NCBI GenBank assembly: GCA_050287845.1
Contig: JBNKCR010000045.1
Span: 15,233-79,232 of the forward strand
DNA length: 64,000 nucleotides
Direction: 5' to 3'
From: Polyangia bacterium
GTDB lineage: Bacteria > Myxococcota_A > Polyangia > JAAYKL01
Shown: piece by piece, positions 40,744-50,238 of the stretch
Layout of the letters: the number at the start of each line of letters is the position of its first letter
Numbering within the stretch: position 1 is the stretch's first letter
The notes under the pieces: model-generated
Databases searched by the model: none
Seen by the model: the letters and a program-made list of their open reading frames with translations, nothing else
Told to the model about the DNA's origin: nothing
Made by a program: the position numbers and the translations under genes

Positions 40744-41697
40744 TTAAAAAGAAACCGCCAGGCTGGCGCCGGGGGCAACGGTGCGATTCGTAGCCACCAC
40801 TGGAGAAAAGCCAATAAAATGAAATGCTTTTTTCTCGCTCTTCCCGGTTGCAAGCAGTGGCTTAAGCGCCTTCATCGGTCCATTATTCCGTTTTATGATA
40901 ATCGCCCCGGTAACCACTGAAGCAACCGTGGCAACCGTGCCAAAAGCAAGCAGGAAAATTCCCTTCCCCTTTTTATCTTCCGCATCCCGGCGCGATGGCA
41001 CTTCACATTCATTGTCGGTATCATTCGACGGGAGACATTCGTCGCCAATGGCCTGCGCCAGAAACACCGTACCCAGGGCAGTCAGACCGCCGAACACCGG
41101 TGTGCCAATAGCAATCAGAAGAATGCCTCCACGCCTGGACTTGGCAAAGTTATTGTAACGATATTGCGCAAACGGGATGCTTCTGTCCCGCACGTCGAAC
41201 TGATAATTCTTATAGGCCAGCTCCTGAGACTCGCCCAGCGCGGCAACCACTGCATCATATTCCGCTTTGAGTCTTTTTGCTTCTTCCGCACCGGGGTTGG
41301 TGGGATTGGTGAAAGTAATTTCATCGGAGAGCACCGGCGGCGGCTCCACCGGCACGTAAACCGGCACACATTCGACTTCGCCTTCTTCTCCCGCTTCGCC
41401 TGTTTCATCCCCTTCGCCCTCTTCCCCTTCCTTTTTTTCAACAGGCACACATTTTTGCACAACACCCTCGGCACCCGCCTCACCACTGGCGGTCTGCGCA
41501 TCACCTGCTGCGCCCTCCGGCGAATCGGCGAGGACCTCATCATCCATCACCTGCTGTGATTCCGCTTCTTCCAGGTCCACCGCTTTCGGGTCGGTTTCTT
41601 TTGATTTCGCCTTCTGTGATTCCCCTTGCGCAACGCCAACCTGACAAATGAGCATCAACATACTGATAGCATATAAAGAAATTTTCATTACAGACAT
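40744..41697 (-). CDS. Secreted/membrane hypothetical protein
   Basis: Signal peptide, acidic linker, two hydrophobic segments, C-terminal GASLAVSF. Confidence 0.75.
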   Translation of the reverse strand: MSVMKISLYAISMLMLICQVGVAQGESQKAKSKETDPKAVDLEEAESQQVMDDEVLADSPEGAAGDAQTASGEAGAEGVVQKCVPVEKKEGEEGEGDETGEAGEEGEVECVPVYVPVEPPPVLSDEITFTNPTNPGAEEAKRLKAEYDAVVAALGESQELAYKNYQFDVRDRSIPFAQYRYNNFAKSRRGGILLIAIGTPVFGGLTALGTVFLAQAIGDECLPSNDTDNECEVPSRRDAEDKKGKGIFLLAFGTVATVASVVTGAIIIKRNNGPMKALKPLLATGKSEKKAFHFIGFSPVVATNRTVAPGASLAVSF

Positions 41698-42006
41698 ACG
41701 TCACTCTCCTTTGACATCCGCATACATTCCCTGTCAACTGACATCGTCAGATGTTTTACATCTCACTGAATACTGAGCCATGCAAAACGGGGCATCTGAA
41801 TCTGGCAGCGCCAGTTGCGATGCATTTCCGCTACATTCATACTGCAATTTACCAGAGGAGTATACGAAAAGATTGATTTATTGAAATTTGAATTGACAAA
41901 AAAGTAACATATAAATCCTGCGTCGTCACCATCGCAGAATCAGACCGGAAGGGTGCGGGTATTCAATTCTGTTTCCATGCAAATGTTACTGTCTTAACAG
42001 AATAAC

Positions 42007-43263
42007 TTACGGATTTATTTCTGTGTCCTTTATTGTGGATTGTTGTGGAATGTCCTGTTTATTGTGTACCTTCAAGTTTTCCGTCCCGTCGGCTGCCGCC
42101 TCAATGGCCGCTGCCTCCCTGTCCATGTCTGCCCACACGGCCCGCAACTGCCGATATTTTCCTTTTGCATTCCAGAAAATATATCCACTGGCCCCCCCAT
42201 TCATCGCCGCATCAATCTGATTTTTCACGAAACTGTACCCCCAGTTTTCGGCGCGCCATCGAAACCCCTGCAACAGTGGTCGAACAAGGATATCTTTGCC
42301 CAGGCGCTCCCGAATTCGAATGCACGCGCCCTTTATCACCTGATGGGTCTTTTCCGGTTTGGGATTTTCCCAGTATGTCGACGGCCAATTGGCCAGGTAG
42401 ACCATGGGAGAAATGGCATCAATATACGGCCCCAGATGTTCCAGATATTGGCCCAGCTTTTCACTTTCCTCGGGATGATACGCCGTCAGACCGAACACAT
42501 CAATGGACAGAGGAATTGAAATGGCCGCATCCACCTGGCGCAGGAGCTCCGCAATCATTTCATATCGTTTCACATTACCCCGCTTTTCGGGATACCGGGC
42601 ATTTCTGGCGCTGGTTTCAACGGGAAATCGAACGTAATCCAGCTGGATTTCATCAACTCCCAGCGCTTCGGATGCCTGGGCGACAGATACAATATGGTCG
42701 CGCATTTTCTGGGAATGGGGGTCCACCCATTTCTGATGATGCAAATCGTGCCACTTTCCGCCAGTTGATACATCCTTCACCGCAACACTGCTGAAGCGGG
42801 TGGCAAACCAGTTGTCCTTGAAGCATACCAGTCTGGCGATAACGTAGATGCCGTGGTTCTGCAGCTTTTTAATCATTTTTTTCATCCCGAACTGATACCC
42901 ATGGGGGTATCCCCTTGCCAGGGGGAGTCGGTTGGTAAATGTTACGCGGCCAAAATCATCCTTCACATCAATCACCACCGCGTTGGCGCCAATGGTTCGC
43001 AGCTCATGCAACATCTCAATGGCGGACAGCGTTTTCACCCGTCCCACCGGCATGTACACCCCCCGCAGATTGTGGCCCCGGGCGGTCATCTCGCTGCCGG
43101 GAGGGTCCGGCGGAGATAAATCTGAAACCGATACTGCTCTGTTGTCCCCCTCGGCATCGGTGGAGGCGACGTCCCCCGCGTCATCGCTATCCTGAGCCTG
43201 AACGGTAAACGTCGCCAACGCCAGCACTGCCAGGATACAAAAATAATGATTTTTTATTTTCAT
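42007..43263 (-). CDS. Putative glycoside hydrolase (DUF4015)
   Basis: NAVVIDVKDDFG, IARLVCFKD, WVDP, DEIQLDYVRFP, SIDVFG, ISPMVY. Confidence 0.85.
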   Translation of the reverse strand: MKIKNHYFCILAVLALATFTVQAQDSDDAGDVASTDAEGDNRAVSVSDLSPPDPPGSEMTARGHNLRGVYMPVGRVKTLSAIEMLHELRTIGANAVVIDVKDDFGRVTFTNRLPLARGYPHGYQFGMKKMIKKLQNHGIYVIARLVCFKDNWFATRFSSVAVKDVSTGGKWHDLHHQKWVDPHSQKMRDHIVSVAQASEALGVDEIQLDYVRFPVETSARNARYPEKRGNVKRYEMIAELLRQVDAAISIPLSIDVFGLTAYHPEESEKLGQYLEHLGPYIDAISPMVYLANWPSTYWENPKPEKTHQVIKGACIRIRERLGKDILVRPLLQGFRWRAENWGYSFVKNQIDAAMNGGASGYIFWNAKGKYRQLRAVWADMDREAAAIEAAADGTENLKVHNKQDIPQQSTIKDTEINP

Positions 43264-43525
43264 ATCCTACATTGTAGGTGTATAGAATACATAGGTCAAA
43301 CAAATTCACTCTTTTTCTGGTCTCACGCAACGCTCCTTTAATCGACGCAGGTCCCCATTGTCCTGCCAAATCCCGGAACCACAACTGCCTCGCCGTATCA
43401 TCAACTGAACATTGATTGATTCGACCTGCAATCAGAGCAAAGCTTCCAGACCTGCCGCGGCCTTCCCGAAGAGGGTCACGTCATGAGCAGTCAGATATGG
43501 TTTGGAAAAATGAAAAATCAGAACG

Positions 43526-44353
43526 TCAGAGGAAAAAAATGGTGGTCACGCCTACCGCCGCCACATATGGCGCAAAAAGCCAGAGTTTTCCGGCCCGAAC
43601 CAGCCGAATCAGCAGGAGCAACGCGGCAATGCCGCAGATAAAAGATGCCAATACGCCGCCGGCGATAGCCCCCAGCGCGTCGCTCTGAAACAGTTGGTTC
43701 ACGTCAATTTCAAGTATCGCTGCGCCCAGAATGGCCGGAATGGAAAGCAGAAACGAAAAGCGGGCGGCTGCTTCCCGATTGGTGCCGAGCAGCAGCGCCA
43801 CAGCTATCGTGGTACCCGAACGGGAAATGCCCGGCATGACGGCAAAACCCTGCGCCAGGCCGATGAGCAGTGCATTTTTGAATGTAAGGATTTCGCCGTC
43901 TTTTTCGTGTCCGAACCGACTGGCAACGAGAATCCCCGCGCAGGTGAGAAATGATAGACCAAGAAAAAGGGGCGTGGTGGATACGGACTGTACGATACCG
44001 CTTTTTTCCATCAGGAGCCCCAGTATGGCAGTGGGGATGGTCGCCACTATCAGCAGCAGAAGCAAGCGCGCACCGGAATCCGTGCGAATGGTCTGCATGA
44101 AATTTCCTCTGAGCACCGATAGCGCGATTTCCTTTGCCCCCGAAAACAGACTGAGCACTTCCCTGCGGTACACGATAACCACCGCCACCAGTGTGGCCAG
44201 ATGCAGCAGAATCTCCAGCAGCAGTGGTTGATTCTTCAGAGATTCCAACTCAAAAATAAGTTGGCCGACAGCCAGATGCCCGGATGAGGACACCGGTAAA
44301 AATTCTGTGGCCCCCTGAATAGCGCCGAGAATGGCAATATAAATGGCTTCCAT
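43526..44353 (-). CDS. uppP: Undecaprenyl-diphosphate phosphatase
   Basis: QGATEFLPVSSSGHL, PGISRSGTT, AARFSFLLSIP. Confidence 0.95.
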   Translation of the reverse strand: MEAIYIAILGAIQGATEFLPVSSSGHLAVGQLIFELESLKNQPLLLEILLHLATLVAVVIVYRREVLSLFSGAKEIALSVLRGNFMQTIRTDSGARLLLLLIVATIPTAILGLLMEKSGIVQSVSTTPLFLGLSFLTCAGILVASRFGHEKDGEILTFKNALLIGLAQGFAVMPGISRSGTTIAVALLLGTNREAAARFSFLLSIPAILGAAILEIDVNQLFQSDALGAIAGGVLASFICGIAALLLLIRLVRAGKLWLFAPYVAAVGVTTIFFL

Positions 44354-44898
44354 TATTTTTTCATTACCTTCCGAATCTGTGCAGTCAGCTGTTCTTCCGG
44401 CCAGAATCCCTCATGAGAAGCGAGGATAGTGCCGTCGGGCCCGATAATAAAAAGCGTTGGCAATGATGACACACTGTACGCCTTTGCCGCAATTCCCCTT
44501 GTGTCCGATACTACCGGATACAGGATATTGCGCAGTTTTGTGAAATCCCTCAACCGGTCAAGGGACTCGCCCCCCACTTCCACTCCCACAACGGCCAGTT
44601 CAGGGAATTGGTGTTGAATCCGCAGCAACACCGTTATTTGCGACAGACATGGGGGACAGGTGGTGCTCCAGAAATCCACCAGCGCAATCTTCCCCCGGAA
44701 CGAAGAGAGAGACAACATGCCTTCCCCTTCATTGACCAGTGGCAGATTCCAGACAGGTGCCTCATCGCCCTCCGCAAGCGCTTCCTCCTTCAGCAGGTAA
44801 CTGCCGAGCATGAACAGAACGACGACGCCCACGACAATTACGATTTTCAGAATCTGAGTGTTTCCATTTTGCTTTGATTCCGTGTTTGTTTTATTCAT
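44353..44898 (-). CDS. TlpA-family thiol:disulfide reductase
   Basis: TM anchor, DFWSTTCPPC, LPTLFIIGPDG. Start reassigned to ATG 44898. Confidence 0.88.
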   Translation of the reverse strand: MNKTNTESKQNGNTQILKIVIVVGVVVLFMLGSYLLKEEALAEGDEAPVWNLPLVNEGEGMLSLSSFRGKIALVDFWSTTCPPCLSQITVLLRIQHQFPELAVVGVEVGGESLDRLRDFTKLRNILYPVVSDTRGIAAKAYSVSSLPTLFIIGPDGTILASHEGFWPEEQLTAQIRKVMKK

Positions 44899-45316
44899 AA
44901 TCGCTTTACTTAAGTTTTTTCTGGTGAATATGCAACGGATGTTCCGCATTCTGTGGATACGAGTCGACGATTTCAGTCGGATTTTCAATGGCACATTCAC
45001 AACAGATGCGTCAATTTCCACATCATTCAAATTCCGAGGGCTTCCCGATTTTTCGGAATTCAGTCCGTTCCGCCAACGGCTTCCAGGTCGCTGTTTCTTC
45101 TTCAACCGGTTTTTATATTTGATGTGACACGGGTATCGGGTAATATTTCAATATCTGGAGCGAATGAATGTTGTACAGCGGGGCACAGCGCGCCCCCTGA
45201 CTTCGTTGGGTTGTGATAGAGTAAAATTCTCAGATGGAATCGACGCGGTGACTCCCCTGAGTCTACAGACGTAGCGATTCTCCGGTGAATCCTGCAGCAG
45301 GAAATGAGTTAGACAG

Positions 45317-46150
45317 ATGCAACAATATACTCTTTTCATCTTTATGGTTTCCGTCCTCATCGCCCTATGTGTCGGGCTTCCCGCAGGCGCAGACGAAACC
45401 CAATCCGCCAGAGCCTCGTATGATGCAGGCGTGGCGGCATACAATCAGCAGCAGTACGACGTTGCGCTGGAACATTTCACGGAGGCATATAATCTGTCCG
45501 GGAAACCGGCAATTCTGTACAACATTGCAATCTGTGAAGAAAAGTTGGGAAATGCGGAACACGCCATCGCCTACTTCGAATTGTATCTCGAAGAATTGCC
45601 CCATGCGGAAGACGCGGAACTCGTGCGAAAGAAAGTGGCCTATCTGAAAAACCCCGAAGAAGTTCCGGACCCAACGGAGGAAATCGCTGAGGCGCCAACA
45701 GAACCGGATACAACAGCGGCGAATGTGACAACCGATACGTCGGTAAAGCTGTCAACAGATACGTCTGCCGGCCCCCTGAGGGTGGAGGCGCCCCCGGATC
45801 CCAATGCCCATCGCTACAATGTGATGCAGGGGTTGCTCATTGGCGGAGGAACGATTTTTCTGGTTACCGGTACCCTGACAGCGGTAACCGCTTACAAGAA
45901 GAACGACAACCTGAAATCGGTCTGCGCCCCCCAATGCAGCGATGCCGATGTGAAAACGGTAAAAAGCCTGGCCATCGCCACAGATATTCAACTGGGACTG
46001 GGTATCGCCGCATTGACCAGTGGTATTATCTGGAAACTGGTGTACCGGAAGCGCACCCGCGAGCGGGCATCTCAATCGTTGAGCGCTTTGTCTATCGGCC
46101 CCTTCGTCAATTCATCCGGAAATGGATTGGCCGTTACCGGGAGGTTTTAA
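45317..46150 (+). CDS. Secreted TPR protein with C-terminal hydrophobic segments
   Basis: ALEHFTEAYNLSGKPAILYNIA TPR, C-terminal GLAVTGRF. Confidence 0.82.
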   Translation: MQQYTLFIFMVSVLIALCVGLPAGADETQSARASYDAGVAAYNQQQYDVALEHFTEAYNLSGKPAILYNIAICEEKLGNAEHAIAYFELYLEELPHAEDAELVRKKVAYLKNPEEVPDPTEEIAEAPTEPDTTAANVTTDTSVKLSTDTSAGPLRVEAPPDPNAHRYNVMQGLLIGGGTIFLVTGTLTAVTAYKKNDNLKSVCAPQCSDADVKTVKSLAIATDIQLGLGIAALTSGIIWKLVYRKRTRERASQSLSALSIGPFVNSSGNGLAVTGRF

Positions 46151-46153
46151 AAA

Positions 46154-48016
46154 ATGGCGAAAACCCTGACTGGCTGGGCCTTATTCCTGCTGTTTGCCCC
46201 CACAGCCTGCACGCTGGTTCTCGACACCGACGCCCTTCAGAACGGCAATGGCATCGATACCGGCACAGAAGATACCCCCACCGAATCCGAATCACAGCCA
46301 CCGGAGTGCACCGAAAATGCGGATTGCAGCGATGCAATCCCATGCACCGTGGACGAATGCGGCAGCGACGGCAAATGCACCCGCACCCCGGATAACAATA
46401 TCTGCCTGCAGTACGAAATGTGTGATCCCATACAGGGCTGTATCCGGGAAAGCGAAAAATGTGTCCGGAACTCGGACTGTGACGACAGCATTGATTGTAC
46501 CATCGATATATGTTCAACCGGCGACTGTCATCATTCTCCGGATCATACCCGATGTGAAAACAGTGTGCCATTCTGCAGACATCCGGCATCCTGTATTCCA
46601 GACCGGGGCGGCTGCGTGGAAGGAGAACTCATCAGATGTGATCTTCCTGAAGGAGGCATCTGTCTGACCGCCAGTTGCAATGAAACGAACGGAGACTGTG
46701 AAACCCATCTTTCCGCCGGCGCGGACAATGATTCGGACAGTGCACTCGACATCCTGTGCGGCGGCGACGATTGTCAGGATACCGATGGGACAGTATATCC
46801 GGACGCAGTGGAAGTATGTGATGGCAAGGACAATAACTGTGACAGCATCACTGATGCCGTATTTCCCCTGACTTCCCCGGTAACCGTTGCTCAGGGAACG
46901 GACATTGCGGAGTGCCGTGTGGCAGCAGCCGATTCAGATACCGCCGTCATTTATTACATGGGCGGAATTCGCGTCTCAGTGGTGACTGCGGAGGGAGATG
47001 TTCTCGCCCTGGACATGAGCACCCTCTCCAGCGGAACCATCACCCACGCAGCCATCGCGGCGAACCCCCTTGAAAGCGGTGTGTTCTATCTGCTGTTTGT
47101 TGAATCGGTCGATAACAGCGCCGAGACATTACAGGTGGCGCGTCTGGAAAGAAACAGCACCGGCGATGCGGTGACCGGCGCTGTGGAATCGTCACTCGAT
47201 CATCAGGTCACCACAACCATCACAGACCTGACCATTGTGTTTGACACACAACGAACCACCCCGGGATGGCTGGCCGTCTGGAGTGAAAACGACGATTCAG
47301 CCGGCTTTCTTCGCTTTCAGAGTCATGACATGACCGCTGCCATGAATATCGGTACCGACCTGAGGGAGGTGGGCCGAATTGATGTGGCTGTGTCGGGTGC
47401 GGCACAGTATGAGATTGTCTATTCGGCAACGGATACCGCGCTGGGGGGCGACAACAGCGAAATCTACAGCTCGCAAATTCAGTTTGACACTGCATTCACC
47501 ACCAGCGAACCGCTGCTCATTTCACCGGCGGACAATGACAATCAGGGCGACAACGACAATGACCCATCCACATGGCCTGCCGTTGCCATCAATACCGGCG
47601 ATGGCAGTCGTGCGACCGTCTTTCTCGACGACACGGGCTTCGGATCGAAAAACATTACACTGCAACAGGGCGATGCCACGGAGGTGGCTGCGATTCTGCC
47701 CACCGCAACCCTCGATACCCTCCATGGCCTGAACCTGTTCCACGACGGTGAAAAGCTCGTGCTCTTTTACAGTCGGCAGACCAGCACTCACTCCCGTATC
47801 ATCATTGATCAGTTGCTGCCGGATCCGCTCCAGACCCAATCGCTGGAGCGTCTGGCCCAGACCAACCTGGTATCGGTGGGGTATCCCGCGCAGAATATCC
47901 GCAGTCTGGATGTTGCCGTCGACCCGACCGGACGATACGCCCTGTCATGGGTACTCAAAACGGATGCCGGATACAGCGTCCAACTGGCCACCGCTCAGAG
48001 CTGCGAGCGGCAGTGA
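46154..48016 (+). CDS. Cys-rich lipoprotein with MopE-like putative metal-binding motif
   Basis: Lipobox TAC. C.D.I.CT.D.C repeats. DCQDTDGTVYPDAVEVCDGKDNNCD. Confidence 0.8.
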   Translation: MAKTLTGWALFLLFAPTACTLVLDTDALQNGNGIDTGTEDTPTESESQPPECTENADCSDAIPCTVDECGSDGKCTRTPDNNICLQYEMCDPIQGCIRESEKCVRNSDCDDSIDCTIDICSTGDCHHSPDHTRCENSVPFCRHPASCIPDRGGCVEGELIRCDLPEGGICLTASCNETNGDCETHLSAGADNDSDSALDILCGGDDCQDTDGTVYPDAVEVCDGKDNNCDSITDAVFPLTSPVTVAQGTDIAECRVAAADSDTAVIYYMGGIRVSVVTAEGDVLALDMSTLSSGTITHAAIAANPLESGVFYLLFVESVDNSAETLQVARLERNSTGDAVTGAVESSLDHQVTTTITDLTIVFDTQRTTPGWLAVWSENDDSAGFLRFQSHDMTAAMNIGTDLREVGRIDVAVSGAAQYEIVYSATDTALGGDNSEIYSSQIQFDTAFTTSEPLLISPADNDNQGDNDNDPSTWPAVAINTGDGSRATVFLDDTGFGSKNITLQQGDATEVAAILPTATLDTLHGLNLFHDGEKLVLFYSRQTSTHSRIIIDQLLPDPLQTQSLERLAQTNLVSVGYPAQNIRSLDVAVDPTGRYALSWVLKTDAGYSVQLATAQSCERQ

Positions 48017-48046
48017 AATAAATCAAACGCGAGATGAATCGCGAAC

Positions 48047-48703
48047 TTAACAGCACTTCTGGAAGGGGGACGGAGGCGGCGGTTCGGTGTCGGTCTCTTC
48101 GACCGGTTCCGGCACTTCACACGAAAGCAGACGATACATTCCCACCCGCTCAAGGGCAATCAGCAGCGCTTCATTGATGGGAAATCGTCTGTCGAGAGAG
48201 GGCTCCAGTTCAGCAATCCGGTGAGCGGCATCGGTGAACCGGAGAATGGGCCCGCCATTGTCCACGTCGGTCTGGACAGCCTGTACCGCGTCGGGAATCA
48301 TCTGTTTCATGAATTTGCAGGCAGCGAAAACTGCACGACCGTACTTGTTGCGAACTGCTGCGAACCCGAACAGTCTGCACATGGTGGGACGAAACGGATA
48401 AATGCTGCAGCGGCCATAACTGAACTGCAACTCGTCCGGGGTGAAGAACAGACACGCGTTGGAGGGGGATGCCGTTGCGAATCTGTCAAGGATTGTTTCG
48501 GCCCGGTCCGACTGCCACAGTTCCTCGGCAAGGGGAAGCATTTCCAGAATCGTTGCTTCCACATTCGGAGAGGCACAGCAGGTCCCGCAACCGGGAGGAC
48601 AGTGCAGACCGAATTCAATGGGCAACCGCTCAATGCAGCGGTCAAATTCTTCGTACACGCGCATCACGCGCCGGGACAGTGATACAGTCACTGATGCCTC
48701 CAT
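48047..48703 (-). CDS. YkgJ family cysteine-cluster protein
   Basis: CPPGCGTCC, CLFF, CSIYPFRPTMCRLFG. Confidence 0.85.
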   Translation of the reverse strand: MEASVTVSLSRRVMRVYEEFDRCIERLPIEFGLHCPPGCGTCCASPNVEATILEMLPLAEELWQSDRAETILDRFATASPSNACLFFTPDELQFSYGRCSIYPFRPTMCRLFGFAAVRNKYGRAVFAACKFMKQMIPDAVQAVQTDVDNGGPILRFTDAAHRIAELEPSLDRRFPINEALLIALERVGMYRLLSCEVPEPVEETDTEPPPPSPFQKCC

Positions 48704-48871
48704 AACCTTACATATAAATAGGTCCGACTGACAGGCAAGTCAGTTTTCGCAGACCGGGACGGACATCCCGGCGGGACATCAGAAGATACAGGAGAATTGT
48801 GAATTCTGTCCATGCAAATTCGAATGCGCCATGATTCTCCGAATATTTGCCGCACCGTCCACACCACCGTC

Positions 48872-49009
48872 TACACATTTTTGTGTACATTATGGGGGAT
48901 TAGCACATTTTTGTTATTCTTTATTTTTTGAATTTTTTTCCACTCCCCAAATAACCCATCAGAATCATTCAATTTTATTCATCCACAAAAAACAGGCACA
49001 AGATTTGAG
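48872..49009 (+). promoter_or_regulatory. Putative sigma54 promoter with tandem enhancer-like sites
   Basis: AGGCAC-AAGAT-TTGA at 48994-49008. CACATTTTTGT at 48874 and 48904, the first inside the palindrome TACACA-TTTT-TGTGTA. Confidence 0.45.
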
Positions 49010-49074
49010 TACAGGCAAGTCACGCTGTGTCTGCTTTTTGATTACAGACACGTACCTTAACTACGGAGGAAACA

Positions 49075-49914
49075 ATGAATTTCAGAAAATCAACAATTCC
49101 AGCAGTGATACTGATCACCCTTTTATCGACCATTTCCGCCAACATCGCATTCGCTGAAGAAGAAGCCGCCGAAGCCAAAACGGTTGGCGTGAATGTGGAC
49201 CTTGGTTTTGCCACCATTTACAATTTCCGCGGGGACAACGTGTTCGATGACGGGAAGCAGATGGATCAGAACGGTGCATTTTTCCCCAGCGTCACCTGGA
49301 ATATCGGCGAGACCGGACTCTATGTCGGTTACTGGGGAGCATACCAGCTGTCCGGTGACAGCCTTTCGGTCAATGTGACCAAAGCCCTGGGTCACGAGCA
49401 GGACCTGTACCTCGGATGGGACAAGAGCTTCGGCCCGGATGATATGTTGACCTTCAGCGCTGCATTCACTTACTTCTTCTATCCATTTGCCACGATAGAA
49501 CTTGAAGATGGAACCGTTGTGGACAATCCGTCCATTGTGGAACCACTCCTCGGATTCAGCATTTCCAGCGCCGTCGACCTTGGCATCACCGTTTCGTATT
49601 TCGCCGGGATTGACGATGCCACAAAGACCCTGAGTCATCTTTATGTCAAACCCAGCATCGGCAAAAGCTTCAGCTTCGGCGAAAGATTCGGCCTGGATAT
49701 GTCCCTGGGCGCCGGTTTCAAGGTATGGACCGACGAAGATGGTCCTAAAGACAACACCGTAGATCTGGCATTTGATTTTGCGTTGCCCATCGCTCTGGAA
49801 GGCAGCCTTTATGCGGCGCCGTCCGTTTCTCTGGCCTGGACAAATCTGAATGGGGTATCCGCCGATAACGAGTACATGGTTTACGGCGGCCTGAATATCG
49901 GCGCAGATTTCTAA
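49075..49914 (+). CDS. Outer-membrane beta-barrel protein (TorF-like)
   Basis: Signal peptide, YNFRG, EQDLYLGW, alternating beta-strand pattern, terminal Phe. Confidence 0.75.
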   Translation: MNFRKSTIPAVILITLLSTISANIAFAEEEAAEAKTVGVNVDLGFATIYNFRGDNVFDDGKQMDQNGAFFPSVTWNIGETGLYVGYWGAYQLSGDSLSVNVTKALGHEQDLYLGWDKSFGPDDMLTFSAAFTYFFYPFATIELEDGTVVDNPSIVEPLLGFSISSAVDLGITVSYFAGIDDATKTLSHLYVKPSIGKSFSFGERFGLDMSLGAGFKVWTDEDGPKDNTVDLAFDFALPIALEGSLYAAPSVSLAWTNLNGVSADNEYMVYGGLNIGADF

Positions 49915-50238
49915 AGACCTTTAATGACCGACGCATTCGTGTTCGTCATTGTTTGAATCCAGATACGTGAAAAGGGTGAATGAACCGCGTCACCATACCA
50001 GTATCTCTTTTCCAACGGTTTTGCCCAACCTTCTTCACAGGACGCAATCGACTCTCGCCTGCAGCTGTATAATACATACAGGATGCACAGTCCTTCCCAA
50101 TCCTGCGCCCCCGATTCCCTCACCTCTCATCCGACTGAATATCGTTTCGGACTAAATCTTTTTCAGATTCGGCCGTAACGAATCTGGCTATTTTATTTTG
50201 CCGAATGAAGAATCCGGGCGCGTACAGATAAGTAACAC

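Noticed and set aside
44899..45105. 69-aa N-terminal extension of the TlpA ORF
   Set aside because: TTG start and non-protein-like sequence. ATG 44898 gives a normal TM-anchored TlpA.
45181..45215. GACTTCGTTG match to the MITE core
   Set aside because: Only 10 nt, with no flanking similarity or terminal repeats.
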